The translations under genes and the position numbers were made by a program. Shown one piece after another: positions 49,877 to 59,573 of a stretch of 64,000 nucleotides of DNA; within the stretch, counting starts at the first letter, position 1, and the number at the start of each line of letters is the position of its first letter. Origin of the DNA: Chitinophagaceae bacterium. Its GTDB lineage: Bacteria; Bacteroidota; Bacteroidia; Chitinophagales; Chitinophagaceae. Location: the NCBI GenBank assembly GCA_020403425.1, contig JADBXR010000007.1:26287-90286 (forward strand). The letters run 5' to 3'. The notes under the pieces were generated by a model that had not been told where the DNA came from, made no database searches, and was given only the letters and a program-made list of their open reading frames with translations.

Positions 49877-51379
49877 ATGAAGGTTACCAACTATCTTACA
49901 CTGGATCAGCTATCCCCACTGTATGAAGACGTACAGAGTAGCGGACTCTTTGCTGATTCCAAATATTTTGTGGATACGATCCCATTACAACCTGTGGCAG
50001 CGATTGTTACCGCCTATAACAGTACCAAGACAACCGCAGGTTTCAACCTTCTGGCATTCATAGAATCGCATTTTCAATTACCACCGGAACCGGATAGCAG
50101 TTACCGCTCGGCCAACAAACCCATCACACTGCATATATCAGAACTCTGGGATATACTGACCCGTACACCCGACAGGGAAGCCGGCAGCTTATTACCGCTA
50201 CCTCATCCCTACCTGGTTCCAGGCGGCCGCTTCCGGGAAGTGTATTACTGGGACAGCTATTTCACCATGCTTGGTTTACAGGTATCCAAGCGTATAGATA
50301 TCATCGAGAATATGGTGAACAATTTTGCTTACCTGATCGATACATTTGGTTTCATTCCCAATGGCAACCGGAGTTATTACTTAGGCCGTTCACAACCGCC
50401 TTTTTTCGCCTCAATGGTCCTGTTACTCTCGGAAATGAAAGGTGACAGTATTTTGCAGCAATACCTTCCCCAATTGGAGAAAGAATACCGATTCTGGATG
50501 GATGGCGAGGAACAGCTTTCTGATAACGTCCCCACACATCGCCGTTCGGTTCGGATGCCTGATGGCTCTGTACTGAACCGTTACTGGGACGATTTTGATA
50601 CACCCCGGCCGGAAGCATTCATAGAAGACCAACACCTGGCCAGCAGATCGGGCCGTAACCTGTCAGAAGTGTATCGACACATCCGTGCTGCTGCTGAGTC
50701 GGGTTGGGATTTCAGCAGCCGCTGGTTCAAGGATGGCAACGATATGGGTACCATTCAGACCACCGACCTGATCCCTGTTGACCTGAACTGTCTTTTGTGT
50801 TCCATGGAGATGCTATTATCCATCACGTACGGCAACCAAGGCAATAACGCAAAAAGTGAGCAGTTGTTTGCACGTTTCCTCCAAAGAAAGACCGCGATTC
50901 AGAAATATTGCTGGAACGAAGAGAAAGGATTTTACTTTGATTACCAGTTCCGGGAGAACCGGTTTTCAGAAGCGTATACACTAGCATCCGTTTTCCCACT
51001 GTTCTTTGCACTCGCAGATATGCAACAGGCCAGTAAAGTGGCGGATATCATTGAGAACAGGTTCCTGCAACCTGGCGGACTGCTCACCACCTTACAGCAT
51101 ACCGGGCAGCAATGGGATGCTCCCAATGGATGGGCGCCACTGCAATGGATCGCCTACCAGGCATTCAGCAGGGTGCCCTATGGGTTCCATGCACTTGCCA
51201 AGAAGATCAGAGATAACTGGATGCACAACAATGAGAAAGTATATGCAGCTACCGGCAAACTGATGGAGAAATACAATGTGACGGATACCGGCAGCCAGGC
51301 AGGTGGAGGTGAATATCCCAACCAGGACGGCTTTGGTTGGACCAATGGTGTGTACCTGAAATTCAGGTCGCTCAGTTAA
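49877..51379 (+). CDS. treF: Alpha,alpha-trehalase (GH37), no signal peptide
   Basis: 'VPGGRFREVYYWDSYF', 'PNGNRSYYLGRSQPP', 'AAESGWDFSSRW', 'QWDAPNGWAPLQW', 'QDGFGWTNGV'. Confidence 0.9.
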   Translation: MKVTNYLTLDQLSPLYEDVQSSGLFADSKYFVDTIPLQPVAAIVTAYNSTKTTAGFNLLAFIESHFQLPPEPDSSYRSANKPITLHISELWDILTRTPDREAGSLLPLPHPYLVPGGRFREVYYWDSYFTMLGLQVSKRIDIIENMVNNFAYLIDTFGFIPNGNRSYYLGRSQPPFFASMVLLLSEMKGDSILQQYLPQLEKEYRFWMDGEEQLSDNVPTHRRSVRMPDGSVLNRYWDDFDTPRPEAFIEDQHLASRSGRNLSEVYRHIRAAAESGWDFSSRWFKDGNDMGTIQTTDLIPVDLNCLLCSMEMLLSITYGNQGNNAKSEQLFARFLQRKTAIQKYCWNEEKGFYFDYQFRENRFSEAYTLASVFPLFFALADMQQASKVADIIENRFLQPGGLLTTLQHTGQQWDAPNGWAPLQWIAYQAFSRVPYGFHALAKKIRDNWMHNNEKVYAATGKLMEKYNVTDTGSQAGGGEYPNQDGFGWTNGVYLKFRSLS

Positions 51380-51382
51380 ATC

Positions 51383-51847
51383 CTATTTGTGCTTCCGGTG
51401 TTTGTGATGATGGCTTTTGGGAGCCGGATGCAGGCGCTGTTTCTCCGCTTCAGACACGATCTTACGCTGGTTCTGCAAGGCACCCAACCCAATGAGAACG
51501 ATACCGGCGATCATGTATGCATACTGGATCATAAAGGTCTCACCCAGTAACAACATCTGGAGCGTAACAAAGGTACAGAGCAGCACTCCCTGCAGCATGA
51601 TCAGAAAAGAGTAGCTGCGGCCCTTACGCAGGGTTTGTGCCATAGTATACATACTGAACAGCCCCACCACGATCAGCAGCACCCAACCTGCCAGCAGATA
51701 ATCCGTAAAATAAGAGCCATTCAACAGGTAAAAAGGCAAACCGAGCGAAGCTCCGGTAGGATCGGTGATCATATGATAACTTCCATACAGCGCAGTGATG
51801 GCTAGCAGCACAAGTATGGCAACGGATAACTGGCGGGCTGTTTTCAT
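51383..51847 (-). CDS. Hypothetical 4-TM membrane protein
   Basis: ATG 51847; four hydrophobic segments, 'SYFTDYLLAGWVLLIVVGL', and a His/Lys-rich tail HHHKHRKHK. Confidence 0.7.
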   Translation of the reverse strand: MKTARQLSVAILVLLAITALYGSYHMITDPTGASLGLPFYLLNGSYFTDYLLAGWVLLIVVGLFSMYTMAQTLRKGRSYSFLIMLQGVLLCTFVTLQMLLLGETFMIQYAYMIAGIVLIGLGALQNQRKIVSEAEKQRLHPAPKSHHHKHRKHK

Positions 51848-51917
51848 CTTATGACATTGTTTATACAAATAAAGAAAAATAATGCAGTTAAACAAATGAC
51901 GATGGTCATGAATCCCC

Positions 51918-51952
51918 AAAAAAACAAAGATCCCGGTCTCAGCCGGGATCTT
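51918..51952 (-). terminator. Terminator after the S10 peptidase gene
   Basis: aagatcccgg-tctcag-ccgggatctt with an adjacent A run. Confidence 0.8.
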
Positions 51953-51957
51953 ATCGT

Positions 51958-53463
51958 TTATTTCACATTACTGCTCCAGTTAAAGAACTCATCCACATCC
52001 TTCTTGAATTGCTGCAAGGCGGGCTTATGAATATAGTACATATGACCCGATTCATAAGTATACACTTTCACATTCTTCCGCTGTTCCGGCCTCAGGAACA
52101 TATGTTCCAGATCGTATTGGGCCGTGAAATAAGGAGTGGCAAAATCATAATAACCACAACCGAGATATACTTTCAAGGAAGGGTTCTTCGACATGGCATC
52201 TCGTAAACTCTCCGCCACGTTCAGGAACTGGTTCTGTACATTGTTGTAATTCCAGGGACCTACATCTCCAAATATATTATAGCCTTTCTCTTCCTTGAAG
52301 TTCAGCTCCTTTTGAAAATAGTCGTTGATGGTGGCTGTGAAAGGGCCGTCGATATTGGCAAAAGAGGGGTCAAAGCTGAAATTCTCTCCGCCATCGTCAA
52401 TATCGCGACCGGTAAACCGTGCATCCAGTCTGCCTATGATCAGGCCATCCGAACGGCGGAGTTCTTTCCAGAAACGGCCCTCTTCCACGCGCAGATTACT
52501 ACGCAGACAGAACTCTTTGCTCAGTCCCGTGTAATAACTCATTTTAGTGGCTACCGCATCTTTCTCTGCATCGGTCAGCCAACCGCCTTTCAGTAAAGCG
52601 GATGCATATTCGCCAAGTGCAAACTGTTCAGCTTCGTGTAAGGTCTTTTTCAGGTCGGCCTGTAAAGCCGGGGCCAGCTTTTTATGGTACCAGGCTGCTG
52701 CTGCATACGAGGGAATATATAAGGCACGGGGAAGGTCATTTCCTACATAATAATCATTGGTGCCGAAATTCAATACTGCCGAGATCAGGAAGATACCGTT
52801 GAGGTAGATCCGGTATCGGTCCTGCAGGAACTTGGACAGTCCCGCTGCACGCGTGGTGCCATAACTTTCCCCTGCCAGGAATTTGGGCGAACCCCACCTT
52901 TCATACCTCGATAAAAAGTGACGGATGAACGACCCAACAGAAGAGATATCTTCCACATAACCATGAAACTGTTTGGGATTTTCACCCGGAGCAGCTCGGC
53001 TAAAACCGGTTGAGACCGGATCGATGAACACCAAATCGGTCTTATTGAGCCAGGTGTATTCATTGTTGATATACTGGTAGGGCGGCGCTGTGGCCGTTCC
53101 ATCGTCCTGCATCAACACCCTTTTGGGTCCCAGGCCACCCATATGCAACCATACCGAAGAAGAACCGGGGCCGCCATTGAACGTAAAAGTTACAGGTCTT
53201 TTACCTGCATCCTCCCCTTCTTTACGATAATAGGTAAAGAACACTTTGGCGATCAGTTTTCCTGTATCGTTCTTCAGATTGAGGTACCCGGTATGCGCCG
53301 TATAATCGATCTTTTTACCGTCGGCCACCACGCTGTTCCTGGTTACGGTCACTTCTACACCGGCAGGAACCAGTTCAGGTATGGGCGGAACCGGTGTGAC
53401 AGCTTTTTGGGAAAATGCAGTTACGCTAAGCAGGCAGACTGCCAGGGCAATCATTGTTCTCAT
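51958..53463 (-). CDS. S10 serine carboxypeptidase, exported
   Basis: 'FNGGPGSSS', 'FIDPVSTGFS', 'LAGESYG', 'GYYDFATP', 'YESGHMYY'. Confidence 0.9.
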   Translation of the reverse strand: MRTMIALAVCLLSVTAFSQKAVTPVPPIPELVPAGVEVTVTRNSVVADGKKIDYTAHTGYLNLKNDTGKLIAKVFFTYYRKEGEDAGKRPVTFTFNGGPGSSSVWLHMGGLGPKRVLMQDDGTATAPPYQYINNEYTWLNKTDLVFIDPVSTGFSRAAPGENPKQFHGYVEDISSVGSFIRHFLSRYERWGSPKFLAGESYGTTRAAGLSKFLQDRYRIYLNGIFLISAVLNFGTNDYYVGNDLPRALYIPSYAAAAWYHKKLAPALQADLKKTLHEAEQFALGEYASALLKGGWLTDAEKDAVATKMSYYTGLSKEFCLRSNLRVEEGRFWKELRRSDGLIIGRLDARFTGRDIDDGGENFSFDPSFANIDGPFTATINDYFQKELNFKEEKGYNIFGDVGPWNYNNVQNQFLNVAESLRDAMSKNPSLKVYLGCGYYDFATPYFTAQYDLEHMFLRPEQRKNVKVYTYESGHMYYIHKPALQQFKKDVDEFFNWSSNVK

Positions 53464-53570
53464 ACGATTAGAATTGAATGATCAAGATACAGATTGTTTT
53501 CAATACGATATACCCTCGCGATCTCTCGCTTTGAAATACATTGTCCAGCATGACACTAAAGTGCGAGGAC

Positions 53571-55226
53571 CTATCTTTTGGAAGCCAACACTTCTATGTC
53601 GAAGACGAGCACACTATTGGGTGGAATGGCTTTACTGCGGCTGCGGATCGTATATGCCAGCCCGGAGGGGATCAGCAACCGGATCTTGCCACCTACTTTA
53701 CACATGGGCAAACCGACCTGCCAACCTTTAATCAGTCTTTTTAAAGGAAACGTGGCAGGTTTATCTTTGGTCTGGTCAAATATGCTTCCATCTTTCAGCA
53801 ACGAACCTTTGTAAAAGACGGTCACGGTATCATCTACCGAAACTGCAGCACCAGAGCCTTCCCGCAGAAGATGATAATACACACCCTCGTTCGATCCCGT
53901 GGTATCGACCTCCTTTTTCTGTACTGCTTCCAGTATCATTGTTCTGTCTTTTATAGCCTGGACGGCACTGTCGGCATTTTTTGTCCAGTCAATAGCAGGC
54001 CGTTTGCCCGCAGCCGGCCTTTCAAACAACTGTCCATATACCGCATTGGCCTTTTGGAAACCCCCATTCCACAGGTAAAACCTACCATCGGTCACGCCAG
54101 CACCATAATCGATCCGGTCGCCGGCCTTTCCAGTAGCATCGTAAGAGAAACTACTTTGGGTAAGCTCTTTCCATGAACCGTTCTCACGCTGTACCCATTG
54201 GTTCGCGAAATAAACCTTACGTTGCAGTTGTCCGTTAGAGCCCCCGAAATTCTCACTGAAAGAATACAGGTTCCGAAGGTTCTTACCATCCCGCGGCGCT
54301 TTGAAACTGGCGATGAGTTTCCATTTCTGCAATTCGGGCAGGAAGAAATAACCCGTATAGATCGTTGTTGCCGTGGCACTATCGGTCAGCGCTGTCACCA
54401 TCAGCGGGTAGGTTTGTCCGGTTTTCCAAGGGTACACCCAATGACTGTGACCACCGGTACCTTCATTGCCAAAATCATTTGCTATCACTTCTTCTCCTTT
54501 GGCCAGCAATTGTACCCGGTTGGAATCAGGTACTTTGGCACGGTCGACGGCTTCATTACCTGCATCCCATACAGAAAAGATCACACGCCGTTCCGTGACA
54601 CTGTTCACCTGTATACCAAAATACCCTCTTGCAAAACCACAGGCCATATAATAGCTGTGCTCCAGGTCAGCTCCTTCGGGAACGGAGATCTCGTTGTAGA
54701 AAGCCACGGCTTTCACTGAGTCTGGCAATGGATAACGCAGGTGTACCGATGCGGCATTACGGCGCGGCTGAGGATTGAAATGAACATCAGCCGCAGTACC
54801 GGCAAGTTCTACAGCGCTGATATCGGCGATGGTTGCGCCTGCTTTCCTCACCGCCTTGAGCTGAATGGTATAAAATCCAGTGTCGCTGATCACATAATTA
54901 CCCGCGGGTATTTTCAGGAATGTTTTTCCGGCAGGCACCTGTAGCAATTGCTCTTTGCCGTTAAAGAGCAGCTTTACTTGCGAGCCTACTACCGAATTTT
55001 TTGCCAGCAATACCAGTTGGAGCGTTCCTGTTTTGCGTACATAAAAAGAATAACTGATCTGTTGCCTGGTATCCGTCCAGTGCAAACCTTTCTGCACAGA
55101 AAACATATCGATTCCTTCCTTTTCAACCGGAACCGCATAACCGGTATAGGCCGGGATACGGACCGTTTGCGCGCATAAGGAACCCGAAATAAACATACAG
55201 AGAAATAGCAGGCAATAACGCAGCAT
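53571..55226 (-). CDS. DUF5077/DUF3472-family protein fused to a C-terminal FKBP-type PPIase
   Basis: Signal peptide; 'NAASVHL', 'FYNEISVP', 'YYMACGF..GYFGIQVNS..ERRVIFSVWD', 'FGNEGTGG', 'SFSENF'; FKBP part 'VTVFYKGSLL.DGSIFD..ATFPL..LIKGW...IPSGLAY...IPPNSVLVFDIEVL'. Confidence 0.85.
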   Translation of the reverse strand: MLRYCLLFLCMFISGSLCAQTVRIPAYTGYAVPVEKEGIDMFSVQKGLHWTDTRQQISYSFYVRKTGTLQLVLLAKNSVVGSQVKLLFNGKEQLLQVPAGKTFLKIPAGNYVISDTGFYTIQLKAVRKAGATIADISAVELAGTAADVHFNPQPRRNAASVHLRYPLPDSVKAVAFYNEISVPEGADLEHSYYMACGFARGYFGIQVNSVTERRVIFSVWDAGNEAVDRAKVPDSNRVQLLAKGEEVIANDFGNEGTGGHSHWVYPWKTGQTYPLMVTALTDSATATTIYTGYFFLPELQKWKLIASFKAPRDGKNLRNLYSFSENFGGSNGQLQRKVYFANQWVQRENGSWKELTQSSFSYDATGKAGDRIDYGAGVTDGRFYLWNGGFQKANAVYGQLFERPAAGKRPAIDWTKNADSAVQAIKDRTMILEAVQKKEVDTTGSNEGVYYHLLREGSGAAVSVDDTVTVFYKGSLLKDGSIFDQTKDKPATFPLKRLIKGWQVGLPMCKVGGKIRLLIPSGLAYTIRSRSKAIPPNSVLVFDIEVLASKR

Positions 55227-55264
55227 GGTTTGGTATTTAGGTAACCAAACTTAACAACAAAAAT

Positions 55265-56623
55265 TCAGGAACCCCTCATAAAATCGCGGAACCAGTAACC
55301 TGAGTTTTTAATGGTGCGCAGCTGTGTGGCAAAATCAACATGTATGAGCCCGAAACGGGGATGGTACCCTTCGGACCATTCAAAATTATCGGTAAGCGTC
55401 CAGGCAAAGTATCCGTTCACATTCACTCCCTCTTTTTTGGCACGCAGCACGGCCTGAAGGTATTGTTTGAAATAATCGATCCGATCCGCATCATCCACCA
55501 CTCCGTTCACCATTGTATCTTTAAAAGCGGCCCCTCCTTCAGTTACAATGATCTCTTTTACACCACCGTACAACCAGAAACGTTTGATCATCCGGTAAAA
55601 GCTATCGGCATTGATCTCCCAGCCCATGGCAGTATGCGGCACTTTACGGGTCGCGGCTTTCACTTCTGAGGCATGCAGGTACGGGATCAATGCATTGTAC
55701 CTGACCGTTAGTGAAAAATAATTCTGGATACCGATGAAGTCAAAATTGAACCGCATCCGCTCAGTATATTTCCAGGCTTTGTTGTGCAGGTGCAGTTTAT
55801 CCAGCAAGGGAAAATGATCTACCTGCGGATACCCCCTGCCGAGCGCTGGCTCTATAAATAAACGGTTCAGCAAAGCATCGGCCCTTTTGGCCGCAAGTAT
55901 ATCTTCTTCCCGCTGTGTATAAGGCATCACCTCGCTGCAGGAGAAGGTGGTGCCGATATTGGCCCCAGGTACCAGCGCGCGTACCAGTCTTCCACCCTCT
56001 GCCTGGCAAAGGGCTGCATTGTGTACTGCTGAGAAAAAATTACTGATACCTGTCTTGCCGGGTGCATGTACCCCCAGCATATATCCCAGCGATGTGAAAC
56101 CCATGGGTTCGTTCAGGATGATCCAGTTCTTTACCTTACCACCATATTCCTCACAGCAGACCGTAACAAATCGGGTGAACCATTTGAGCATCTGGTGACT
56201 GGTCCAGCCACCATTCCGCTGCAGTTCCTGTGGAAGGTCCCAATGATACAGGGTGACATAGGGAACCAGGCCCAGCAGCAGGCATTCATCTATCAATCGG
56301 TGATAAAAAGCGATCCCTTCCTTATTCACCCTGCCAATACCCTCCGGCAGGATCCGGCTCCAGGAAATGGAAAAACGGAATACCTTAAAACCCAGCGCTT
56401 TCACCAGCATCAGGTCGTCTTTGTAACGATGATAGAAATCACAGGCTTCGTAGGGTTTGGCACCCCCTTTGATCTTTCCGGGACGACGGGAGAAAGTATC
56501 CCAGATAGACAGCCCCCTGCCATCGGCAGTATGTGCCCCTTCGTTCTGTGCGGCGGCTATGGCCACTCCCCAAAGGAAATCTTTACCAAAGCTGTTTGCC
56601 GAAAAATGTTGCGGATGTTGCAA
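55265..56623 (-). CDS. GH1 beta-glucosidase
   Basis: 'FLWGVA', 'FRFSISWSRILP', 'TLYHWDLP', acid/base 'LNEP', nucleophile 'VTEG', 'DNFEWSEG..PRFG'. Confidence 0.92.
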   Translation of the reverse strand: MQHPQHFSANSFGKDFLWGVAIAAAQNEGAHTADGRGLSIWDTFSRRPGKIKGGAKPYEACDFYHRYKDDLMLVKALGFKVFRFSISWSRILPEGIGRVNKEGIAFYHRLIDECLLLGLVPYVTLYHWDLPQELQRNGGWTSHQMLKWFTRFVTVCCEEYGGKVKNWIILNEPMGFTSLGYMLGVHAPGKTGISNFFSAVHNAALCQAEGGRLVRALVPGANIGTTFSCSEVMPYTQREEDILAAKRADALLNRLFIEPALGRGYPQVDHFPLLDKLHLHNKAWKYTERMRFNFDFIGIQNYFSLTVRYNALIPYLHASEVKAATRKVPHTAMGWEINADSFYRMIKRFWLYGGVKEIIVTEGGAAFKDTMVNGVVDDADRIDYFKQYLQAVLRAKKEGVNVNGYFAWTLTDNFEWSEGYHPRFGLIHVDFATQLRTIKNSGYWFRDFMRGS

Positions 56624-56758
56624 GGAACCGGTTTTGGCAAAGTTCCCCGATGCTTTTGTTAAGATGGTATTAAGCTATCGTTATGTTTAGGAAGCATTAC
56701 AGAGACTGGCTCTTGACAAATCCTCGGCAATACTTCCCCCCGTTTAGTATTTTAGCAT

Positions 56759-57640
56759 ATGATCAATTACAATCCACGGGGTATGTTCCCGTTCATTTTC
56801 CGGTTTCACAAAGCCGATACCGTTCGCCGCTTATTTCCTGTGATCATTTTCGTGTGCCTGTATTCCTGGCTGGTGGCTTACCTGCAAATCGAATACCTGC
56901 ACATGGAGCTTACCAGTCATGTAAAGAATATCACCACCATGCACAGCCTGCTGGGTTTCGCCATATCCATGTTATTGGTCTTCCGAACCAATACCGCCTA
57001 CGACCGCTGGTGGGAAGGGCGTAAGTTATGGGGGGCATTGGTGAATAACAGCCGTAACCTGGCAGTGAAGCTGAACAGTATCCTGCCCAATGATGATGAC
57101 CAGAACCGGATCTTCTTCAAGAAACTCATCGCATTGTTTGCCGATGAACTACGCCAGCACCTGCTGAACGAAAGGACCAGGCTGGCATTGGATGAGCAGC
57201 CGCACCCCGAGATCCCCGATTTTGATAGCAGCAAACATATCCCCAACCAGGTGATCAGCCTGCTGATGACAAAGATCAACCTGCTGCACCGTGACGGTAA
57301 GATCAGCGGTTACCAGCTACTCATGCTGAACCAGGAACTGCAATCCTTCCTGGATATTACAGGTGGGTGTGAACGCATCAAGAATACACCCATTCCTTAC
57401 TCCTATAGCGTATTCATCAAAAAATTCCTGTTCATCTATATCCTTACCATGCCACTGGGTTTCCCGCTGGTGATGGGTTATTTCACCATACCGGTGGTGG
57501 CATTCATCTCATACGTGCTGGGAAGCCTGGAAATGATCGCAGAAGAGATCGAAGACCCATTTGGCAAGGACGAGAATGACCTGCCTATGCACCGGATCGC
57601 AGAAAATATCCGGAAAAATGTGAACGATATTTTGGCCTGA
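56759..57640 (+). CDS. Bestrophin-family (YneE-like) anion channel
   Basis: 'LLVFRTNTAYDRWWEGRKLWG', 'CERIKNTPIP', 'EEIEDPFG.DENDLP'. Confidence 0.9.
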   Translation: MINYNPRGMFPFIFRFHKADTVRRLFPVIIFVCLYSWLVAYLQIEYLHMELTSHVKNITTMHSLLGFAISMLLVFRTNTAYDRWWEGRKLWGALVNNSRNLAVKLNSILPNDDDQNRIFFKKLIALFADELRQHLLNERTRLALDEQPHPEIPDFDSSKHIPNQVISLLMTKINLLHRDGKISGYQLLMLNQELQSFLDITGGCERIKNTPIPYSYSVFIKKFLFIYILTMPLGFPLVMGYFTIPVVAFISYVLGSLEMIAEEIEDPFGKDENDLPMHRIAENIRKNVNDILA

Positions 57641-57690
57641 TAATCAAGCAGATCTGATACGCCCCCCTGCCGAAAGGTAATGTGTTTGTC

Positions 57691-57737
57691 AAATTTTAAT
57701 CAAACGTTTGTTTAATTCAAACATTTGTTTAAAATTT
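57691..57737. promoter_or_regulatory. Tandem palindromic operators, probably for the TetR
   Basis: ttaatcaaac|gtttgtttaa (57696-57715) and a second caaacatttgtttaa (57718-57732); the whole 47 bp is itself nearly palindromic. Confidence 0.7.
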
Positions 57738-57756
57738 GCGCCCTCAATTCAGTGAC

Positions 57757-58410
57757 ATGTTACAGGAAAGCCAAGGGCAGATCTTATCAGACAAGAAACA
57801 ACATATTCTCAATGCCGCTATTGAGCTGTTCGCCGAAAAAGGTTTTGAAGGAAGTTCTATCCGCGACCTGGCAGCCCGGGCCGATGTGAATGTGGCCATG
57901 GTGAACTATTATTTCGGCAGCAAGGAGAAATTGTTCGAGACCATTGTTGAGCACCGCGCCACTTTCATGCGGGGCAAACTCGATGAGATAGAAGCTGATA
58001 CCACGCTGACCGAGATCGGGAAAATCGACGCCATCATCGAGAACTATGTGGCCAAGATCCTTTCGCAACCCTCATTCCACCGCATACTTTACCAGGAACT
58101 GCTGAAACAGGAACGCGAGGCCCTGCACGAGAACATCATCCGCATCTTTGTACAGAACACACATACCCTGCGCAATATCATTGAAAAGGGCATCCGTAAG
58201 AAAGTATTCCGCAAAGTGGATCCTGAGCTTACCATGGCCACACTGATCGGCACCATCAACCAGGTGATGTTATCCAAATCCCTCTGCGTGATGCTGGTTG
58301 AACCCAAGGATGATTTCGATCCCTACACGGATGATACCTTCCAGAAAAGGGTCATCAAACACCTGAAGCAGGTGATGCATTCTTATCTGCTGGAGGAAGG
58401 GAACAGGTGA
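57757..58410 (+). CDS. TetR/AcrR-family regulator
   Basis: HTH 'ILNAAIELFAEKGFEGSSIRDLAARADVNVAMVNYYFGSKEKL'. Confidence 0.92.
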   Translation: MLQESQGQILSDKKQHILNAAIELFAEKGFEGSSIRDLAARADVNVAMVNYYFGSKEKLFETIVEHRATFMRGKLDEIEADTTLTEIGKIDAIIENYVAKILSQPSFHRILYQELLKQEREALHENIIRIFVQNTHTLRNIIEKGIRKKVFRKVDPELTMATLIGTINQVMLSKSLCVMLVEPKDDFDPYTDDTFQKRVIKHLKQVMHSYLLEEGNR

Positions 58411-58460
58411 ACAGATGAACAGACGAACAGACGAACAAGGAATGATGAATAATGAATGAT
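58401..58460 (+). repeat. Octamer then heptamer array in the tetR-emrA spacer
   Basis: gaacaggt gaacagat gaacagac gaacagac gaacaag gaatgat gaataat gaatgat. Confidence 0.75.
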
Positions 58461-58493
58461 GTAAACAACCATAACAAGTAAATAAACAACCTT

Positions 58494-59534
58494 ATGTCGC
58501 AAGCAAGCAACGAAAAAAAATCACCGGTAAAACTGATCGTATTGGTCCTGGCCCTGCTGGTGGCCGGTTTTTACGGGTATAAGAAGATCCATTTTGCCCT
58601 CACTCATGAAACCACCGACAATGCACAGGTAGAGACCCAGATCACGCCGGTATTACCCCGTGTGGCTGGTTACGTGAAACATATTTCCGTAAAGGATTAC
58701 GATTCTGTAAAAGCTGGCGAACTGGTGGTAGAGCTGGATGATGCGGAACTGCAGACCCAGTTACTGGAGATGGAAGCCGATTACCGACAGGCGGAGGTAG
58801 ACATCATCAACGCCAAAGCTGCATTGAATAACGCAGTGGTATCGTTAAAAGTCAACAAAGGGAATATAGAACTGAGCCAGGTTCGCCGCAAAAAAGCGGA
58901 GGATGACCTGAAACGTGATCAGAACCTCTATGCTGAACAGGCCATTACCCGTAAACAGCTGGACGATTCTAAATTCAATGCAGAGACTGCATCACAGCAG
59001 TTGGAGAACAGTCGCACCGACCTCACTGCAGCCCAAAGCCGTATAGCGGTATTACAGGCAGGGGTACAGAAAGCCACTGCCGCGCTGGATGTTAAAAAAG
59101 CAAAGATCGAGCAGACCAAACTCAAGATCAGTTACACCAGGATATTTGCGCCTCAGGCTGGCCGTATCGGAAAGAAAAACGTATCGGAAGGACAGTATGT
59201 ACAGGCTGGAACCCCGCTATTCTCGATCGTGAACGATACCACTTACTGGATCGTGGCCAATTTTAAAGAGAACCAGCTGAAGAAACTTTATCCAGGCAAG
59301 GAAGTGGATGTGGAAGTGGATGCATTCCCCGATGTGAAGATCAAAGGCACCATCGAAAGTCTGAGTGAGGCCACTGGCGCTAAATTCTCCTTATTGCCAC
59401 CCGATAATGCCAGCGGCAACTTTGTGAAAGTAACCCAACGCGTACCGGTGAAAATCCTCATCAACAACATCAATCAGTACCACAATATGCTGCGCGCCGG
59501 ATTAAGCGTATATGTGAGTGCAGAAATCCATTAA
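58494..59534 (+). CDS. HlyD/EmrA-family membrane fusion protein
   Basis: 'ETTDNAQV', 'PRVAGYV', 'IVANFKENQL', 'TGAKFSLLPPDNASGNFVKVTQRVPVKI'. Confidence 0.92.
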   Translation: MSQASNEKKSPVKLIVLVLALLVAGFYGYKKIHFALTHETTDNAQVETQITPVLPRVAGYVKHISVKDYDSVKAGELVVELDDAELQTQLLEMEADYRQAEVDIINAKAALNNAVVSLKVNKGNIELSQVRRKKAEDDLKRDQNLYAEQAITRKQLDDSKFNAETASQQLENSRTDLTAAQSRIAVLQAGVQKATAALDVKKAKIEQTKLKISYTRIFAPQAGRIGKKNVSEGQYVQAGTPLFSIVNDTTYWIVANFKENQLKKLYPGKEVDVEVDAFPDVKIKGTIESLSEATGAKFSLLPPDNASGNFVKVTQRVPVKILINNINQYHNMLRAGLSVYVSAEIH

Positions 59535-59573
59535 CTAAATCCTAGCCTCCGGCAAGGAGGATAAATCATATAC

